The notes under the pieces were generated by a model. It was given only the letters and a program-made list of their open reading frames with translations. It did not search any database and was not told the DNA's origin. A stretch of DNA of 64,000 nucleotides from a virus (taxonomy: Duplodnaviria > Caudoviricetes): positions 853 through 64,852 of the IMG/VR virus record IMGVR_UViG_3300025916_000012; one strand, 5' to 3'. Below are positions 46,114 through 55,681 of this stretch, piece by piece; the stretch's first letter is position 1; every line of letters begins with the position of its first letter. Made by a program: the position numbers and the translations under genes.

Positions 46114-46470
46114 TCATTGACTATCTCCCTCAATATCGAGCTTGAAGCCGCTCAGGCCCAGCTGACGCACGAGCATGCGCATCTCGTCGGCGGTGCGTGG
46201 CCGGCCAATGCCGCTGGTGCGTTCCTCGCCACCCGAAGCAATGCGGTCGAGCTGGCGCTGGAACTGGGCGAAGTGCTCGTCCTTCATGTGGCCCGTCCCG
46301 GCAATGAGCGTCTTGAGCAGCAGCTGGGATTCCTCGGCCTCGAGCCGGGGGGCAGCGAGGTCGTAGGCAGCAAACAGCCACTCGGGGATATCGAGCCAGC
46401 TGCCGGTGGAGTTGGGAGCGGGGCCATAGAAGCGGTGGAGCTTGGCGATTACGTATCCGAGGTCAGCAGA
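46114..46470 (-). CDS. Tail assembly chaperone C-terminal extension (-1 frame, gpGT-type)
   Basis: Frame DLGYVIAKLHRFYG..LDIPEWLF..DSQ* lies -1 to 46449-46967 and has no start of its own. Confidence 0.65.
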   Translation of the reverse strand, partial: SADLGYVIAKLHRFYGPAPNSTGSWLDIPEWLFAAYDLAAPRLEAEESQLLLKTLIAGTGHMKDEHFAQFQRQLDRIASGGEERTSGIGRPRTADEMRMLVRQLGLSGFKLDIEGDSQ

Positions 46471-46967
46471 CTGTCCTCGTCGTCCTCCATCGGCCCCATC
46501 TCGATCTCCGACATCAGCAACGGCGCTCTCGTAAAAGTGAGCACCACCGCCCGGCGAGACTCATCGTCGAGGCGATCCTTGACCTCTCTGGGGGCGAGCA
46601 GGACCTTCTCGTACATCGAGTCCAGGACGTTCTTGAGGCGCTGGCGCTGCTTGGAGTTCAGCTGCTCCTTGCGCTCCCAGAGCCCGTCGAACTCGTCGCC
46701 CTCGACCTGCATCTGATGCTGCTCGATGATCGAGAACTCACGCCGATGGCGTAGCTCGTAGTTGACTGAGTCGATCTCGATCGTGGGCCGAGGCTCGAGC
46801 GCCGTGGAGAGCTTGAGCAGCGGCTCTGCGGTGGGCTTACTCTCGACGGGCGCGCGCGGGCTGCCGTTGCCCTCGTTGACCTCTTGGGCCTGGCGTGCTG
46901 CGTTCTCCCGCGCCACCTCGTGGATGTGATCCACCGGTGGCTTGGGCTTGGTCGTCTTGGTCGCCAC
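46449..46967 (-). CDS. Tail assembly chaperone (gpG-type)
   Basis: Between the major tail and tape measure genes; AGGAGG + GTG at 46967. Confidence 0.75.
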   Translation of the reverse strand: MATKTTKPKPPVDHIHEVARENAARQAQEVNEGNGSPRAPVESKPTAEPLLKLSTALEPRPTIEIDSVNYELRHRREFSIIEQHQMQVEGDEFDGLWERKEQLNSKQRQRLKNVLDSMYEKVLLAPREVKDRLDDESRRAVVLTFTRAPLLMSEIEMGPMEDDEDSLLTSDT

Positions 46968-47166
46968 TGGTGCCTCCTGGCATAGGTGCGCGAGGCTGCA
47001 GCACAACCGTGATTCCGAGCTCGCTGCAGCGTTGGATGAACTTGGCCAGCGCGATCTGTTTGCGCTTGGCCTCCCGCCGGTGGTACTCAGCCTGGGTCTT
47101 GTGCAGGCGAGCCTCGGCGTTGAGACGGATGGCCTTGGCTATTGCAGCTTGGACTCGGTCCGCCAT
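46837..47166 (-). CDS. Basic helical hypothetical protein
   Basis: ORF between the major tail and chaperone genes; 3' part overlaps the chaperone. Confidence 0.4.
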   Translation of the reverse strand: MADRVQAAIAKAIRLNAEARLHKTQAEYHRREAKRKQIALAKFIQRCSELGITVVLQPRAPMPGGTSGDQDDQAQATGGSHPRGGAGERSTPGPRGQRGQRQPARARRE

Positions 47167-47181
47167 GCGTGTGTGGTCCTG

Positions 47182-47763
47182 CTATGTGTGGACAGCGCTC
47201 TGCGCACGGAAGACGCAGAGGTTGCCGATTGTGAGCTCGTAGGCGTGCCACTCGAGCGCGAGCTCGACTGGGTTCTGCTTGGAGAAGTTCGGCGCCGGTG
47301 AACCCATCTGGTGCACCGAGGGAACCTCGTACTGGGCGACGAATGCGTCGTTGAAGGGCGAGATCCCTCGCACCAACAGCGCGTATGCCGCAACCTGCGT
47401 ACCACGGAACATCTCGAAGTGCGACTCGCCGGCCTGCGTGGTGCCGGGAGCCACGACCGTGACCGCAGCGTCGACCGCATTGGCGTACTGGGTCACGCTC
47501 ATGTCCGCGACCGATAGCGCGACCGTCAGGCCTTCAGCCTGGCGCCAGCGCTTGCGGACCACCGTCGAGCCGCCCGGTGTGAACTCGCCGACCGTCTGCG
47601 AGTTCGTCACGGTCACGCCGGTGTCCGTCTGGTTGCGTGAGCCAGCGGTCCCGATCAGCTTCCATGCCACTGCGGGTGCAGCATCGAGAGCCGGGAACGC
47701 CGTCGACAATGGAGCCACGTAGGCGTCATACGGCGCTGCAATGACTTCGAAGGGAGCAGCCAT
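47182..47763 (-). CDS. Major tail protein
   Basis: Position; YVAPLST.FP..WKLIG..GVTVT..; EW.AY. Confidence 0.8.
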   Translation of the reverse strand: MAAPFEVIAAPYDAYVAPLSTAFPALDAAPAVAWKLIGTAGSRNQTDTGVTVTNSQTVGEFTPGGSTVVRKRWRQAEGLTVALSVADMSVTQYANAVDAAVTVVAPGTTQAGESHFEMFRGTQVAAYALLVRGISPFNDAFVAQYEVPSVHQMGSPAPNFSKQNPVELALEWHAYELTIGNLCVFRAQSAVHT

Positions 47764-48171
47764 CTACTGTCCTTCCTGTGGGGGGGGAGTGGGTTCGTCG
47801 GCCCCCGGCTCAGCTGGTGGCGCCGTCTCCGGTGCTACCGAGGCCTGTTGAGCGCCCGGAGCGTTGGCCGCTTCGATCGCCACTGAGAGGCTCCCCTCCG
47901 TCGGGTACTGCTCCCAGTCGTCGGGGTCTTCGACGCCCGCGTCGCGGGCAGCTTGCTCGAGCTCGGCTCGAGACATCGTGGAGTAGTCGGTAGTGACCTC
48001 CTGGATCAGGCTTGCGGTATAGGGATCGGCCGTCAGCACGTCATAGCGGTCGTCCTCGGCGGTGAAGGTGCCGCCGTGCATGACCGGCTCTTGGTTGTTG
48101 TCAGGATCGAAGACCAACCCATCGTTGAACGGGTGGGGGCTCGAGCTGATGAACATGAGCAGATGAGTCAT
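47764..48171 (-). CDS. Acidic protein with a HeH/Rho-N-like motif
   Basis: MSRAELEQAARDAGVED..LSVAIEAA. Confidence 0.55.
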   Translation of the reverse strand: MTHLLMFISSSPHPFNDGLVFDPDNNQEPVMHGGTFTAEDDRYDVLTADPYTASLIQEVTTDYSTMSRAELEQAARDAGVEDPDDWEQYPTEGSLSVAIEAANAPGAQQASVAPETAPPAEPGADEPTPPPQEGQ

Positions 48172-48173
48172 GG

Positions 48174-48503
48174 CTACAACCTCAGAGCTGCGATCGTCAC
48201 GGACGTGACCGCCGAGTAGGCGATCGCGCCATTGCCGTTGGCGTCGGCGAAGCCAGCGGGATCAAACGGCCCGATCATCCGCTCCTGGGCGTTGGTCACC
48301 GAGACCACCCGGTTAGACACCGGGTTGCCACCGGGACCGGAGCCCACGGCCGTGATCGTCACGGTGATCGACGCGCCTCCGCCGTTCTTGACGTGCAGGA
48401 ACGTACGGCCTTCGGGGCTGAACGTATCGCCACCGGCCGTGGCTGCGGCATAGGTGGGCGTGATGCCCCCGATGCCAATCTGCTGTGTGCTTATTGCTGC
48501 CAA
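48174..48503 (-). CDS. Small virion (decoration-like) protein
   Basis: 109 aa, clearly paralogous to the C-terminus of 50110-51687. Confidence 0.65.
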   Translation of the reverse strand: MAAISTQQIGIGGITPTYAAATAGGDTFSPEGRTFLHVKNGGGASITVTITAVGSGPGGNPVSNRVVSVTNAQERMIGPFDPAGFADANGNGAIAYSAVTSVTIAALRL

Positions 48504-48512
48504 ACCTCCTCC

Positions 48513-48971
48513 TTAGACCGGAACTGGGATATCGGCCGCCAGCACTTGCCAGGACCGTTGTATGTAGGGCCAGTGCGTCGACTGATCGATCACGCCACCG
48601 GGCCATGTGATCGTCTGGGAACGCACTGGGATGGGACCGCCGGCCGAGACGCACCAGTGCAGCAGCGTGTCTCCGACGACGACGCGGGTGAGGTTGCGGA
48701 GAAGGTCGTAGGTCATGCGCTCGAGCGCCCGGCAGGACTCGAGCGTCTTCCAGGCATAGCAGCGCACGTCCACGCGCTGATCGGAGAAGTCATTGGTCGG
48801 AGCACCGATGTTGCCGCCGCCGCCCGCCGTCAGCAGCAGGACCACCGGCATCGGCATCCGCGAGACGATGTTGTCGGGCAGCTCCTCGTCATAGATGCGG
48901 CCCTTGACGATCTGGGCGAGATCGGTGTCGGCCTGGAGGAAGTTCAGGATGGCGGAGAGGCGGTCGGGCAT
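48513..48971 (-). CDS. Tail terminator protein
   Basis: ILNFLQAD..VKGRIY.EELP..RVDVRCYA; position. Confidence 0.75.
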   Translation of the reverse strand: MPDRLSAILNFLQADTDLAQIVKGRIYDEELPDNIVSRMPMPVVLLLTAGGGGNIGAPTNDFSDQRVDVRCYAWKTLESCRALERMTYDLLRNLTRVVVGDTLLHWCVSAGGPIPVRSQTITWPGGVIDQSTHWPYIQRSWQVLAADIPVPV

Positions 48972-48973
48972 CA

Positions 48974-49375
48974 CTACTCCAGAAAGATCGAACCTAGGTC
49001 GGTCGAGCCACTCATCTCGTGGCGGATTGCCCCGGCGAAGTTGATGAGCCTGTAGGCGGCATCGGCCGCAGGACGCAGGAATGGGTAGGGCGGCATCTTC
49101 ACCGTCCCGTACTCGAGATACAGGGCCGGGTAGTGAGCTCCCCAGATCGCGAACACGTGGTCGCCCTTGATCTCGGGCTCGGCCGCGAAGATGCTGTCCT
49201 CGAGCTCTCCGGTCTGGTTCTGCCACGGGTGGTTGGCTCGGGCGTGGTTAGCGGCCGCTCGCGTAGCCGCGCGCACCGTATTGACCGTCGCCAGCTCGAG
49301 CTCGGTGAGGATGCGCCCACCGAACCAGTTGACGTAGGCCCGGGTCCCACCAGCGCCGATAACGGTCTTGGCCAT
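48974..49375 (-). CDS. HK97 gp10-like tail completion protein
   Basis: TGELEDSI..YALYLEYGT.KM..PFLRPA. Confidence 0.85.
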   Translation of the reverse strand: MAKTVIGAGGTRAYVNWFGGRILTELELATVNTVRAATRAAANHARANHPWQNQTGELEDSIFAAEPEIKGDHVFAIWGAHYPALYLEYGTVKMPPYPFLRPAADAAYRLINFAGAIRHEMSGSTDLGSIFLE

Positions 49376-50113
49376 CTACATCGACCACAGCCACGGGTCG
49401 GTGTCCCAGTCGGGCTGGCGTGGCTCCATCCCGGCGAATACGACGGCTTGAGCTCGGTCGACCTCGATCGAGTGCTTGATTCCCTCCATGCCCTGCATCA
49501 GCAGAATCCGCCAGGAGGAGACCCGCTCGGCGTACTCCTGATTGCGGAAGAACGAGGTCTCGATCAGGATCGCCGTCTGCAGGGCGCACATGTCCTTGAC
49601 CTGCTCGTAGAAGAGCGGGTTGAAGTCCTCGCGCAGCTGAGCCAGGGTCAGGTTGACCGCCGTGTCGATGACGGCGCCCACGTCGGTGTCGGTGGGCCAC
49701 GTCTGGCCATTGAAGGTGTCGTAGAAGGTCCCGTCGTCTCCCCGGGTGCGGGTGCGCTCGAGAATCGCCACCTCTTCGAGCGTGGGGTAGACGTCAGAGG
49801 GCTGGACCTTGGGATAGTCGGGCTCGCCGCCGACCGTGGGCGCTGCCGGCCCCATGGTGGCGGTCACGGGCACGAAGATCGGGAACGGAGGGGGGTCGGT
49901 GGGCTGGGTCGTCATCCAGACGATCAGGTACTCACCGGGCGTCCCAGGGGCATCGAGAACTGCGCTCCACATTGCTCCGCTCAGCGTTCCGGACACGAAC
50001 GAGGACACAATCGCTCGCGTAACCGGGACCTCGATGCGCGCGCCGACCCCCACCGTGTCTCCTCCCGGATCGGCAAGGTAGGCCGTGAACTGGGTGCCTG
50101 CTGCGACGGTCAT
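49376..50113 (-). CDS. Head-tail adaptor with an N-terminal Ig-like domain
   Basis: YPTLEEVA..RTR..; position after the capsid genes. Confidence 0.6.
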   Translation of the reverse strand: MTVAAGTQFTAYLADPGGDTVGVGARIEVPVTRAIVSSFVSGTLSGAMWSAVLDAPGTPGEYLIVWMTTQPTDPPPFPIFVPVTATMGPAAPTVGGEPDYPKVQPSDVYPTLEEVAILERTRTRGDDGTFYDTFNGQTWPTDTDVGAVIDTAVNLTLAQLREDFNPLFYEQVKDMCALQTAILIETSFFRNQEYAERVSSWRILLMQGMEGIKHSIEVDRAQAVVFAGMEPRQPDWDTDPWLWSM

Positions 50114-51687
50114 ATCTTCAGCACCGCCACGGTAACCGACGTCACGGCAGAGTAAAGAAGCATGGCCAATCCGTCGGGAGCCGAGAAGCCAGAGGGATCG
50201 AAGGGTCCGATGACTCGCTCGCCGCCAGCAGGAACGCTGACCGTCCGGTTGGCCACTGGGTTGCCGCCAGGACCAGAGCCATAGGCCGGGATCGTGACCG
50301 TGATCGAGGCACCAGAACCGTTCTTGACGTGCACGAGCGTGCGGGCATCGGGGCGGAACTCATCGCCGGCCACGGTCGCAGGGGAGTAGGTGGGGCTGGC
50401 CCCTCCGATCCCGATCTGCTGGGTGTTCACCGCGTTGGGGAATCCACCGCCCCTGACCAGCCCCGAGGCCTGTGCAGTCGCGAACGCCGTAGCCGTGATC
50501 GCCGCTGGCGTGGTGCCGGCCGCAACGGCCCCACCGCTCCAGTTGTCGGCCGTCGCAGTCGGGAAGTTCATGATGCCCGGCTCGCCCGTGGTGTAGGTGG
50601 TGTCGGTAGTGGCCAAGACTTCCTTGTCGTTGACCCGGAACGACAGCCTGGTGCCCTCGACGACGAACGTGTACTTCGTCCCGGCCGGGTTGAACGTCGC
50701 ACCGTTGTCGGCCTTTGAGCCGCACGCTGCCAGCAGCGTGGAGGTCCCCGTATCCAAGCGATAGATGCGGTAGCTCGAGTTCGCGTTGCTGGCGTTGCTG
50801 ATGTTCTCGGCGTGGCCGAAGTAGCACCCCAGATAGCCGCTGTTCAGACCGGCATTGACGCGCAGCACGAGCCCCACGAAGCCCGTGGCGTTCACGTCAA
50901 CCGACCCTCGGATAACCGAAGACCACTGGTCGGCGGGGAAGGCATCCGTACGTGCGTCGGCGGCGTGGCTGCCGGTGGTCACGTTGAGCTCGTTGCTCAC
51001 GATCGGGATATCGACGGCCGGGTAGCCGGTCATGATCGCCCACACCGACTGACCGCTGGACATGCCCCCGTTGGCACGAACGAAGCCGTCCGTGGCCGCA
51101 GCTGCAGGTAGCGCAGGGGTCGATGCATTGCCGCCGACCCAGTTGTCCAGCGTGATCGCGTGGAAGCTCGTGATGCCAGGCGTGCCGCCGCTGGGGATGC
51201 TCGTATCAATCAGCGTGAACGCGCCAACGCCGTTGACCTGAATTGTGAGCTGGGAGCCCTCGGCGATGAGCGTCAGGGTGTCTCCGGCGCTGATCGTGCC
51301 GATGGGCATCTTGTGGTCGGCCAGCAGCGTGAACGCACCGGGCGCAGTGCGCTTGTAGAGGTTGATGTGCGGCGGCGTTCCATCGGCGAAGAAGACCGCC
51401 ACGTAGCAGCTCGAGGTATCGGATTGGCAGCGAACCGCTGGGCCTACGAACGAGCCTGCAATGTTGTTGACCGAGCCAATGACGATCTGGGAGTACTGGT
51501 CGGAGTTGTAGGTCTCCGAGGTACGGAAGTCGCCCCTGATGGCCGCAGTGGTGCCGATGGCCTCGTTGGATGAGATCGCCATCGACCCATCCGAGGTCGC
51601 CAGCCAGTTGTTAGAGCCAGCGATCGTGCCGTTGGCTCGCAGAAAGTTGTCTGTGGCCACCGGGGTCAGGACTAGCGCAGACGCCAT
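50110..51687 (-). CDS. Capsid-associated protein: two lectin-like beta-sandwich domains + decoration-like C-domain
   Basis: Internal duplication (DNFLRANG / DGFVRANG ... DNWVGG / DNWSGG); C-terminus paralogous to 48174-48503. Confidence 0.65.
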   Translation of the reverse strand: MASALVLTPVATDNFLRANGTIAGSNNWLATSDGSMAISSNEAIGTTAAIRGDFRTSETYNSDQYSQIVIGSVNNIAGSFVGPAVRCQSDTSSCYVAVFFADGTPPHINLYKRTAPGAFTLLADHKMPIGTISAGDTLTLIAEGSQLTIQVNGVGAFTLIDTSIPSGGTPGITSFHAITLDNWVGGNASTPALPAAAATDGFVRANGGMSSGQSVWAIMTGYPAVDIPIVSNELNVTTGSHAADARTDAFPADQWSSVIRGSVDVNATGFVGLVLRVNAGLNSGYLGCYFGHAENISNASNANSSYRIYRLDTGTSTLLAACGSKADNGATFNPAGTKYTFVVEGTRLSFRVNDKEVLATTDTTYTTGEPGIMNFPTATADNWSGGAVAAGTTPAAITATAFATAQASGLVRGGGFPNAVNTQQIGIGGASPTYSPATVAGDEFRPDARTLVHVKNGSGASITVTIPAYGSGPGGNPVANRTVSVPAGGERVIGPFDPSGFSAPDGLAMLLYSAVTSVTVAVLKI

Positions 51688-51719
51688 GCCAGATCACCCG
51701 GTGGCCACGAACCAATGGT

Positions 51720-52097
51720 TTACGACGGGTTCTTGCTCTCGGGCTTGGCCTCCGAGCTCGAGGGCTTGCGTCCCCGGCCCGAACCAGTCGAAGCACTGCG
51801 AGCCGAAGTACGGCGGATCACCGGGTTGCCGTCCTCGTCCTCGTGCCCGAGCTTCTCGGCGTGCTCTTCACGGAGCTTGCCGTCATCGTCGAGCTGGTGC
51901 TTGTAAGCCGGCGGTGCGGCACCGAGACCGGCGGTCATACCACCGTCGTACTCCTCGGCATCGCCGTCGTTCTCGAGCTGGTAGTGGTCGGGGATATCCC
52001 ACCCCGCCTTGACCTCTCGCCGCACGACCGTGTCGTCGCCGGGGACAACCCCAACGGGTTCGAACGCGATCGTGTCTTTGGTTGCTCTACGTGCCAT
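51720..52097 (-). CDS. Hypothetical capsid-adjacent protein
   Basis: AGGAGG RBS; directly after the major capsid gene. Confidence 0.65.
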   Translation of the reverse strand: MARRATKDTIAFEPVGVVPGDDTVVRREVKAGWDIPDHYQLENDGDAEEYDGGMTAGLGAAPPAYKHQLDDDGKLREEHAEKLGHEDEDGNPVIRRTSARSASTGSGRGRKPSSSEAKPESKNPS

Positions 52098-52110
52098 GTT
52101 CGTTGCCTCC

Positions 52111-53475
52111 TTAGCCCAGCGGGGCCTTCGCAAATGCCGACGGACGCCACACCGGGAAGGCGACCCGGGCCTCGGCCAGGATCGTGACCCGGTTCTTGAC
52201 GAAGTCGTCCTGGTCAGAGTCAGAGGTCTTGACGTTGACGCCCTGACGCACCAGGAGCGTTGCTCCCATCGCGTCCCCGACCACCGGGGTGGCCTGAGGC
52301 ACAGCCCGGTTAGCCGTGATCCGCAGACCCCAGATGGTCGTAATCCCCGAGGTCGAGGGTGAGCCATAGACGTACTCGAAGTCACCCACGGTGCCCGTGC
52401 TGTCGCCGGTGTTGGTCGCCTTGAGGCCCAGGAGCTTCTGAGCGGTCAGCGGGTTCATGGCCACGAAGTTGGGGTCCGCATCCGAGAGGACCACTGTGGT
52501 CAACGCGGAGAGGATCCCATCGGCCACGTTCTGGCCGGCACTGGAGGCCGGAGCACCGATACCCGACGTGTTCAGGATGCCGGTGAGGTTCTGGCCGGTG
52601 CCATCGCCCGCGAGCATCTGGACCATCATGCGCCGGCGCACGTCGTAGGGGAGCAGGGAGTTGATCATCGAGGCCAGGGCCGGAATGTCGTCCATCGCCT
52701 GACGGGCCATCTTGATGTAGCCCGCGATCGTGCGCACCGGAGCGGTGGCGTCCACCAGGGTGATGCCTTCTTGGGGCTTCTGGGCGAGTTCGGCGGTTTC
52801 TGCGGCGTACCCGGGCAGAGCCGAAACCTGGACGTACTGGATGATGTTGGAGTCAGTCGTCCCGGTCGGGATGATGTCCAGCAGGGTCAGCGGGAGCAGG
52901 AACGGCGAGATGATGCCCCGCACGTCCGGAGCGATCGCACCCTGGTCGGTACCCACGATGCCCGCAGGTGCCGTCGGGAGTGCAGCCGCCTGCATGCGCC
53001 CCGAGAGGAAGCCAGCGGCCTCTTCGCGAGAACAGATCTGGCCGATGTTGACCGTGCCGAAACGGTTCTCTGAGTAGAACACTCCACTGTCCAGAGCACT
53101 GCGGAACTCCTCAGCCTGGGCCAGCAGTGCGTGGCCATTCCAGCCACCCGTGGGAACACCCTCGCCGTTGTCACGCTGGATGTGGCCATTGGATGAATCG
53201 CGACCCAGCATGCGCAGGATCCCGGTCTGGCCCTGCTCGAGGCTGGCGATCTCGTCCTCGATCTCGCCCACCCGCTTGACGGCCTCTTCGGCTGCCTTGA
53301 AGTCGGGGTCCTCGGTGATGTGGGTGTTCTCTTGGAGCTGGTCCTTCTTGGCAAAGCTGTCCCGAGCGGCATTGCGCTCGTTGATCGCTTCCGCCCGCGC
53401 TGCCCGCTGGGCCCGCAGGTCGTTCTCGATCGCCTTGAGTCGCTCGTTCAGCGACCGGTCAGCTGTGGCACTCAT
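52111..53475 (-). CDS. Major capsid protein (HK97 fold, N-terminal delta domain)
   Basis: Coiled N-domain; AETAE..KP; IAGY..; GDGTG..GIL; F.KN.V.ILAE.R. Confidence 0.92.
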   Translation of the reverse strand: MSATADRSLNERLKAIENDLRAQRAARAEAINERNAARDSFAKKDQLQENTHITEDPDFKAAEEAVKRVGEIEDEIASLEQGQTGILRMLGRDSSNGHIQRDNGEGVPTGGWNGHALLAQAEEFRSALDSGVFYSENRFGTVNIGQICSREEAAGFLSGRMQAAALPTAPAGIVGTDQGAIAPDVRGIISPFLLPLTLLDIIPTGTTDSNIIQYVQVSALPGYAAETAELAQKPQEGITLVDATAPVRTIAGYIKMARQAMDDIPALASMINSLLPYDVRRRMMVQMLAGDGTGQNLTGILNTSGIGAPASSAGQNVADGILSALTTVVLSDADPNFVAMNPLTAQKLLGLKATNTGDSTGTVGDFEYVYGSPSTSGITTIWGLRITANRAVPQATPVVGDAMGATLLVRQGVNVKTSDSDQDDFVKNRVTILAEARVAFPVWRPSAFAKAPLG

Positions 53476-53511
53476 CGTTGGCTGAACCTCCTCGGTGCGT
53501 GTAGTTGCCCG

Positions 53512-54558
53512 CTAGCCCGCCAACGCAGAGAGCACGCGGTCCCGTTCCTCTGATGTGAGCCTACGTGGAACGTCCACAATCACGTCGGAGGGAGGCTCGA
53601 GAGCCTCAGGTGGATCGGTCTGCAGTGCCTCTGCATCGGCGTGCTGCAGAGCAGCGCGCGCACCGGGGTGGGCCAGCCGCTTGACGGTGTTGCCAAGCGT
53701 GTCGACCCGATCCGCCAAACCTGCTTTGACGGCTCGCTGGGCGAGCAACATACGACCCTCGCCATAGCCACTTCGTACATCGGTCTGATCAACGCCGCGA
53801 CCCTTCGCAACGTCAGCAGTGAACATGTCGTAATACCCATCGACGTCTGCCTGCATGGCGTCGGTGGCCTCGGAGTCCAGGGGAGCGAACGGATGTCCCT
53901 CGACCTTGTACTTGCCAGCCTTGATGATCGTGACCTCGATGCCCTGTTGAGCCAGCGCATCGGAGATGTTCTCGTGGATCTGGTAGACGCCAATCGAGCC
54001 AACCTCAGACGACGGCGAGGCGACCACTTGGGATGCCTGGGAAGCGAGCCAGTAAGCCGCCGAACCCGCCGTCGTGTTGGCCACCGCCACTACAGGCTTC
54101 TCCGCACGAATGGACCTGATCTCCGCTGCAGTCTCCGGGATCAGGTCGACGAAGCCGCCTGGCGAATCCACGTCCATAACGATGGCGGAGACCTTGGGGT
54201 CTGCGGCGGCCTCGCGCATGCCGGATCGAAAAGCCGCCAGGCCTCCGCCACCGCCTCCGAAGAGTAGGCCGAGTAGCGAAGGCCCGGGGCGCAGCACCCC
54301 TTTGAGGGGGATGACAGCTACGTGAGTGTCGTCGGCGCCCTTGACCCTGCCGTTGGGCGTCTTGGCCGTGGGCTCAAGTGTCCGCGTAGCGGTAATGGGG
54401 CGCCCGTGCAAGTGGCTGAGCCCGATCACGAGCTCCTCGACGATCGCCAACACCCGGCCCTTGACCTCGAGCACCGAAGCGAGGATGGCCGTGTCGATGT
54501 ACTCATCCTCGACTGTGAGCTCATGCGACTTCGAGCTCGTGTAGAACTTCGCGTCCAT
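53512..54558 (-). CDS. Prohead protease, S49/ClpP-like (start uncertain)
   Basis: DVDSPGG, SAAYWLAS, VGSIGV, AGKYK. Confidence 0.88.
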   Translation of the reverse strand: MDAKFYTSSKSHELTVEDEYIDTAILASVLEVKGRVLAIVEELVIGLSHLHGRPITATRTLEPTAKTPNGRVKGADDTHVAVIPLKGVLRPGPSLLGLLFGGGGGGLAAFRSGMREAAADPKVSAIVMDVDSPGGFVDLIPETAAEIRSIRAEKPVVAVANTTAGSAAYWLASQASQVVASPSSEVGSIGVYQIHENISDALAQQGIEVTIIKAGKYKVEGHPFAPLDSEATDAMQADVDGYYDMFTADVAKGRGVDQTDVRSGYGEGRMLLAQRAVKAGLADRVDTLGNTVKRLAHPGARAALQHADAEALQTDPPEALEPPSDVIVDVPRRLTSEERDRVLSALAG

Positions 54559-54610
54559 TTGCAAGTGCGACTTCACCCCGCTGCGGTCGGCGTCAGGTAC
54601 GTTGGCCCCG

Positions 54611-55681
54611 TCAGAGTAGGGAATGGCGGGCATCGCGAGCTGGGCGACATCGTAACGTCTCCCACGCCTCCTGCCAACGCCAGGCATTCACAGAGATCGT
54701 CAGGTATTGGCGCACGATCGAGCGCGCCCATGCCTCATACGGGCTCTTGAGGTGGTCGTCGTCCATGATCACGTTGAGCCTGCGGTGCCACGTACGAGCA
54801 CGTGACTCGGCGAGCACTCCGAGCTCGAAGCGGCTCTTGAGCAGCTTGTATTCGGGCAGGTCAGAGGCCACGAAGGGGATACCCAGCGCGGAGTACTCGA
54901 GGCCTTTGAGCCAGCTCTTGGCGGCGTTGAAGACGCTCTCGTGCAGGGGCACGATGCCTACGTCGATCGCCGAGACGAGCATCGGGTGCAGCTCGAGTGG
55001 GCGCCATTCGGTGGAGAGCGGCTCCTCCTTGAGCTCGAGGCCCTTCTGCACCAGATTTGAGTACTTGGCGCCTCCGATGCAGAAGAACTTCCAGCTGGGG
55101 TGGTCGTCCAGAGCCATCGCCACGCCACCGCGCGTAGCTTGCAGGTCGACGGGATGGTTGACCACCGTGCCCGCCCAGCCCAGCGTGCAGCCGTCCCCTC
55201 GATGCGGGAGCTTGAGCCAGTCGTCATCCACCGCGTTGCGGATTACCGCTACGCGGCCGTGGGAGCCATAGCGTTTGGCCAGGGCGTCGGTCGAGACCGT
55301 GACGAGGTCGGCTCGCTTGACGCATTCGCCCAGGTGATTCCAGTTCTGCAGCTGGTTGCGCTTGGGGTGGTTGAGCTGGAAGGCCTTGTTGTTGGCGTGC
55401 GCGGTGTGGAAGTCGTCGTCGAGGTCAACCGCAACTTTGATGCCCTTGGCGTGTAGTACGTCAATGACCGCCGGCATGAAGTACATCATCGGGCGCTGAA
55501 GCACCACCACCTCCACGTCGGGGGGCAGATGCACGTCCTTGGGCCCCGTGAGGGCGAAGGCAATCGGGAGGTGGGCTATCGCCTCGTAGTCGGTGCTGCC
55601 CTTGGCCCGCAGCGCCTCAATCGGCTGCCGAATGCGGTAGTGGCCGCTGGAGTCCGGAGCTGCGGTAGCGACTAGTCGCAT
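54611..55681 (-). CDS. Glycosyltransferase (GT-B, GT4-like)
   Basis: YRIRQP, VDLDDDF, ADLVTVST..LA, IDVGIVPL..N.AKSWLK.LEYSALGIPFVASD. Confidence 0.88.
   Translation of the reverse strand: MRLVATAAPDSSGHYRIRQPIEALRAKGSTDYEAIAHLPIAFALTGPKDVHLPPDVEVVVLQRPMMYFMPAVIDVLHAKGIKVAVDLDDDFHTAHANNKAFQLNHPKRNQLQNWNHLGECVKRADLVTVSTDALAKRYGSHGRVAVIRNAVDDDWLKLPHRGDGCTLGWAGTVVNHPVDLQATRGGVAMALDDHPSWKFFCIGGAKYSNLVQKGLELKEEPLSTEWRPLELHPMLVSAIDVGIVPLHESVFNAAKSWLKGLEYSALGIPFVASDLPEYKLLKSRFELGVLAESRARTWHRRLNVIMDDDHLKSPYEAWARSIVRQYLTISVNAWRWQEAWETLRCRPARDARHSLL

Noticed and set aside
46130-46381. 83-aa ORF from the track as the second tail chaperone
   Set aside because: Wrong frame; the protein-like frame is 46114 to about 46470 (DLGYVIAKLHRFYG...)
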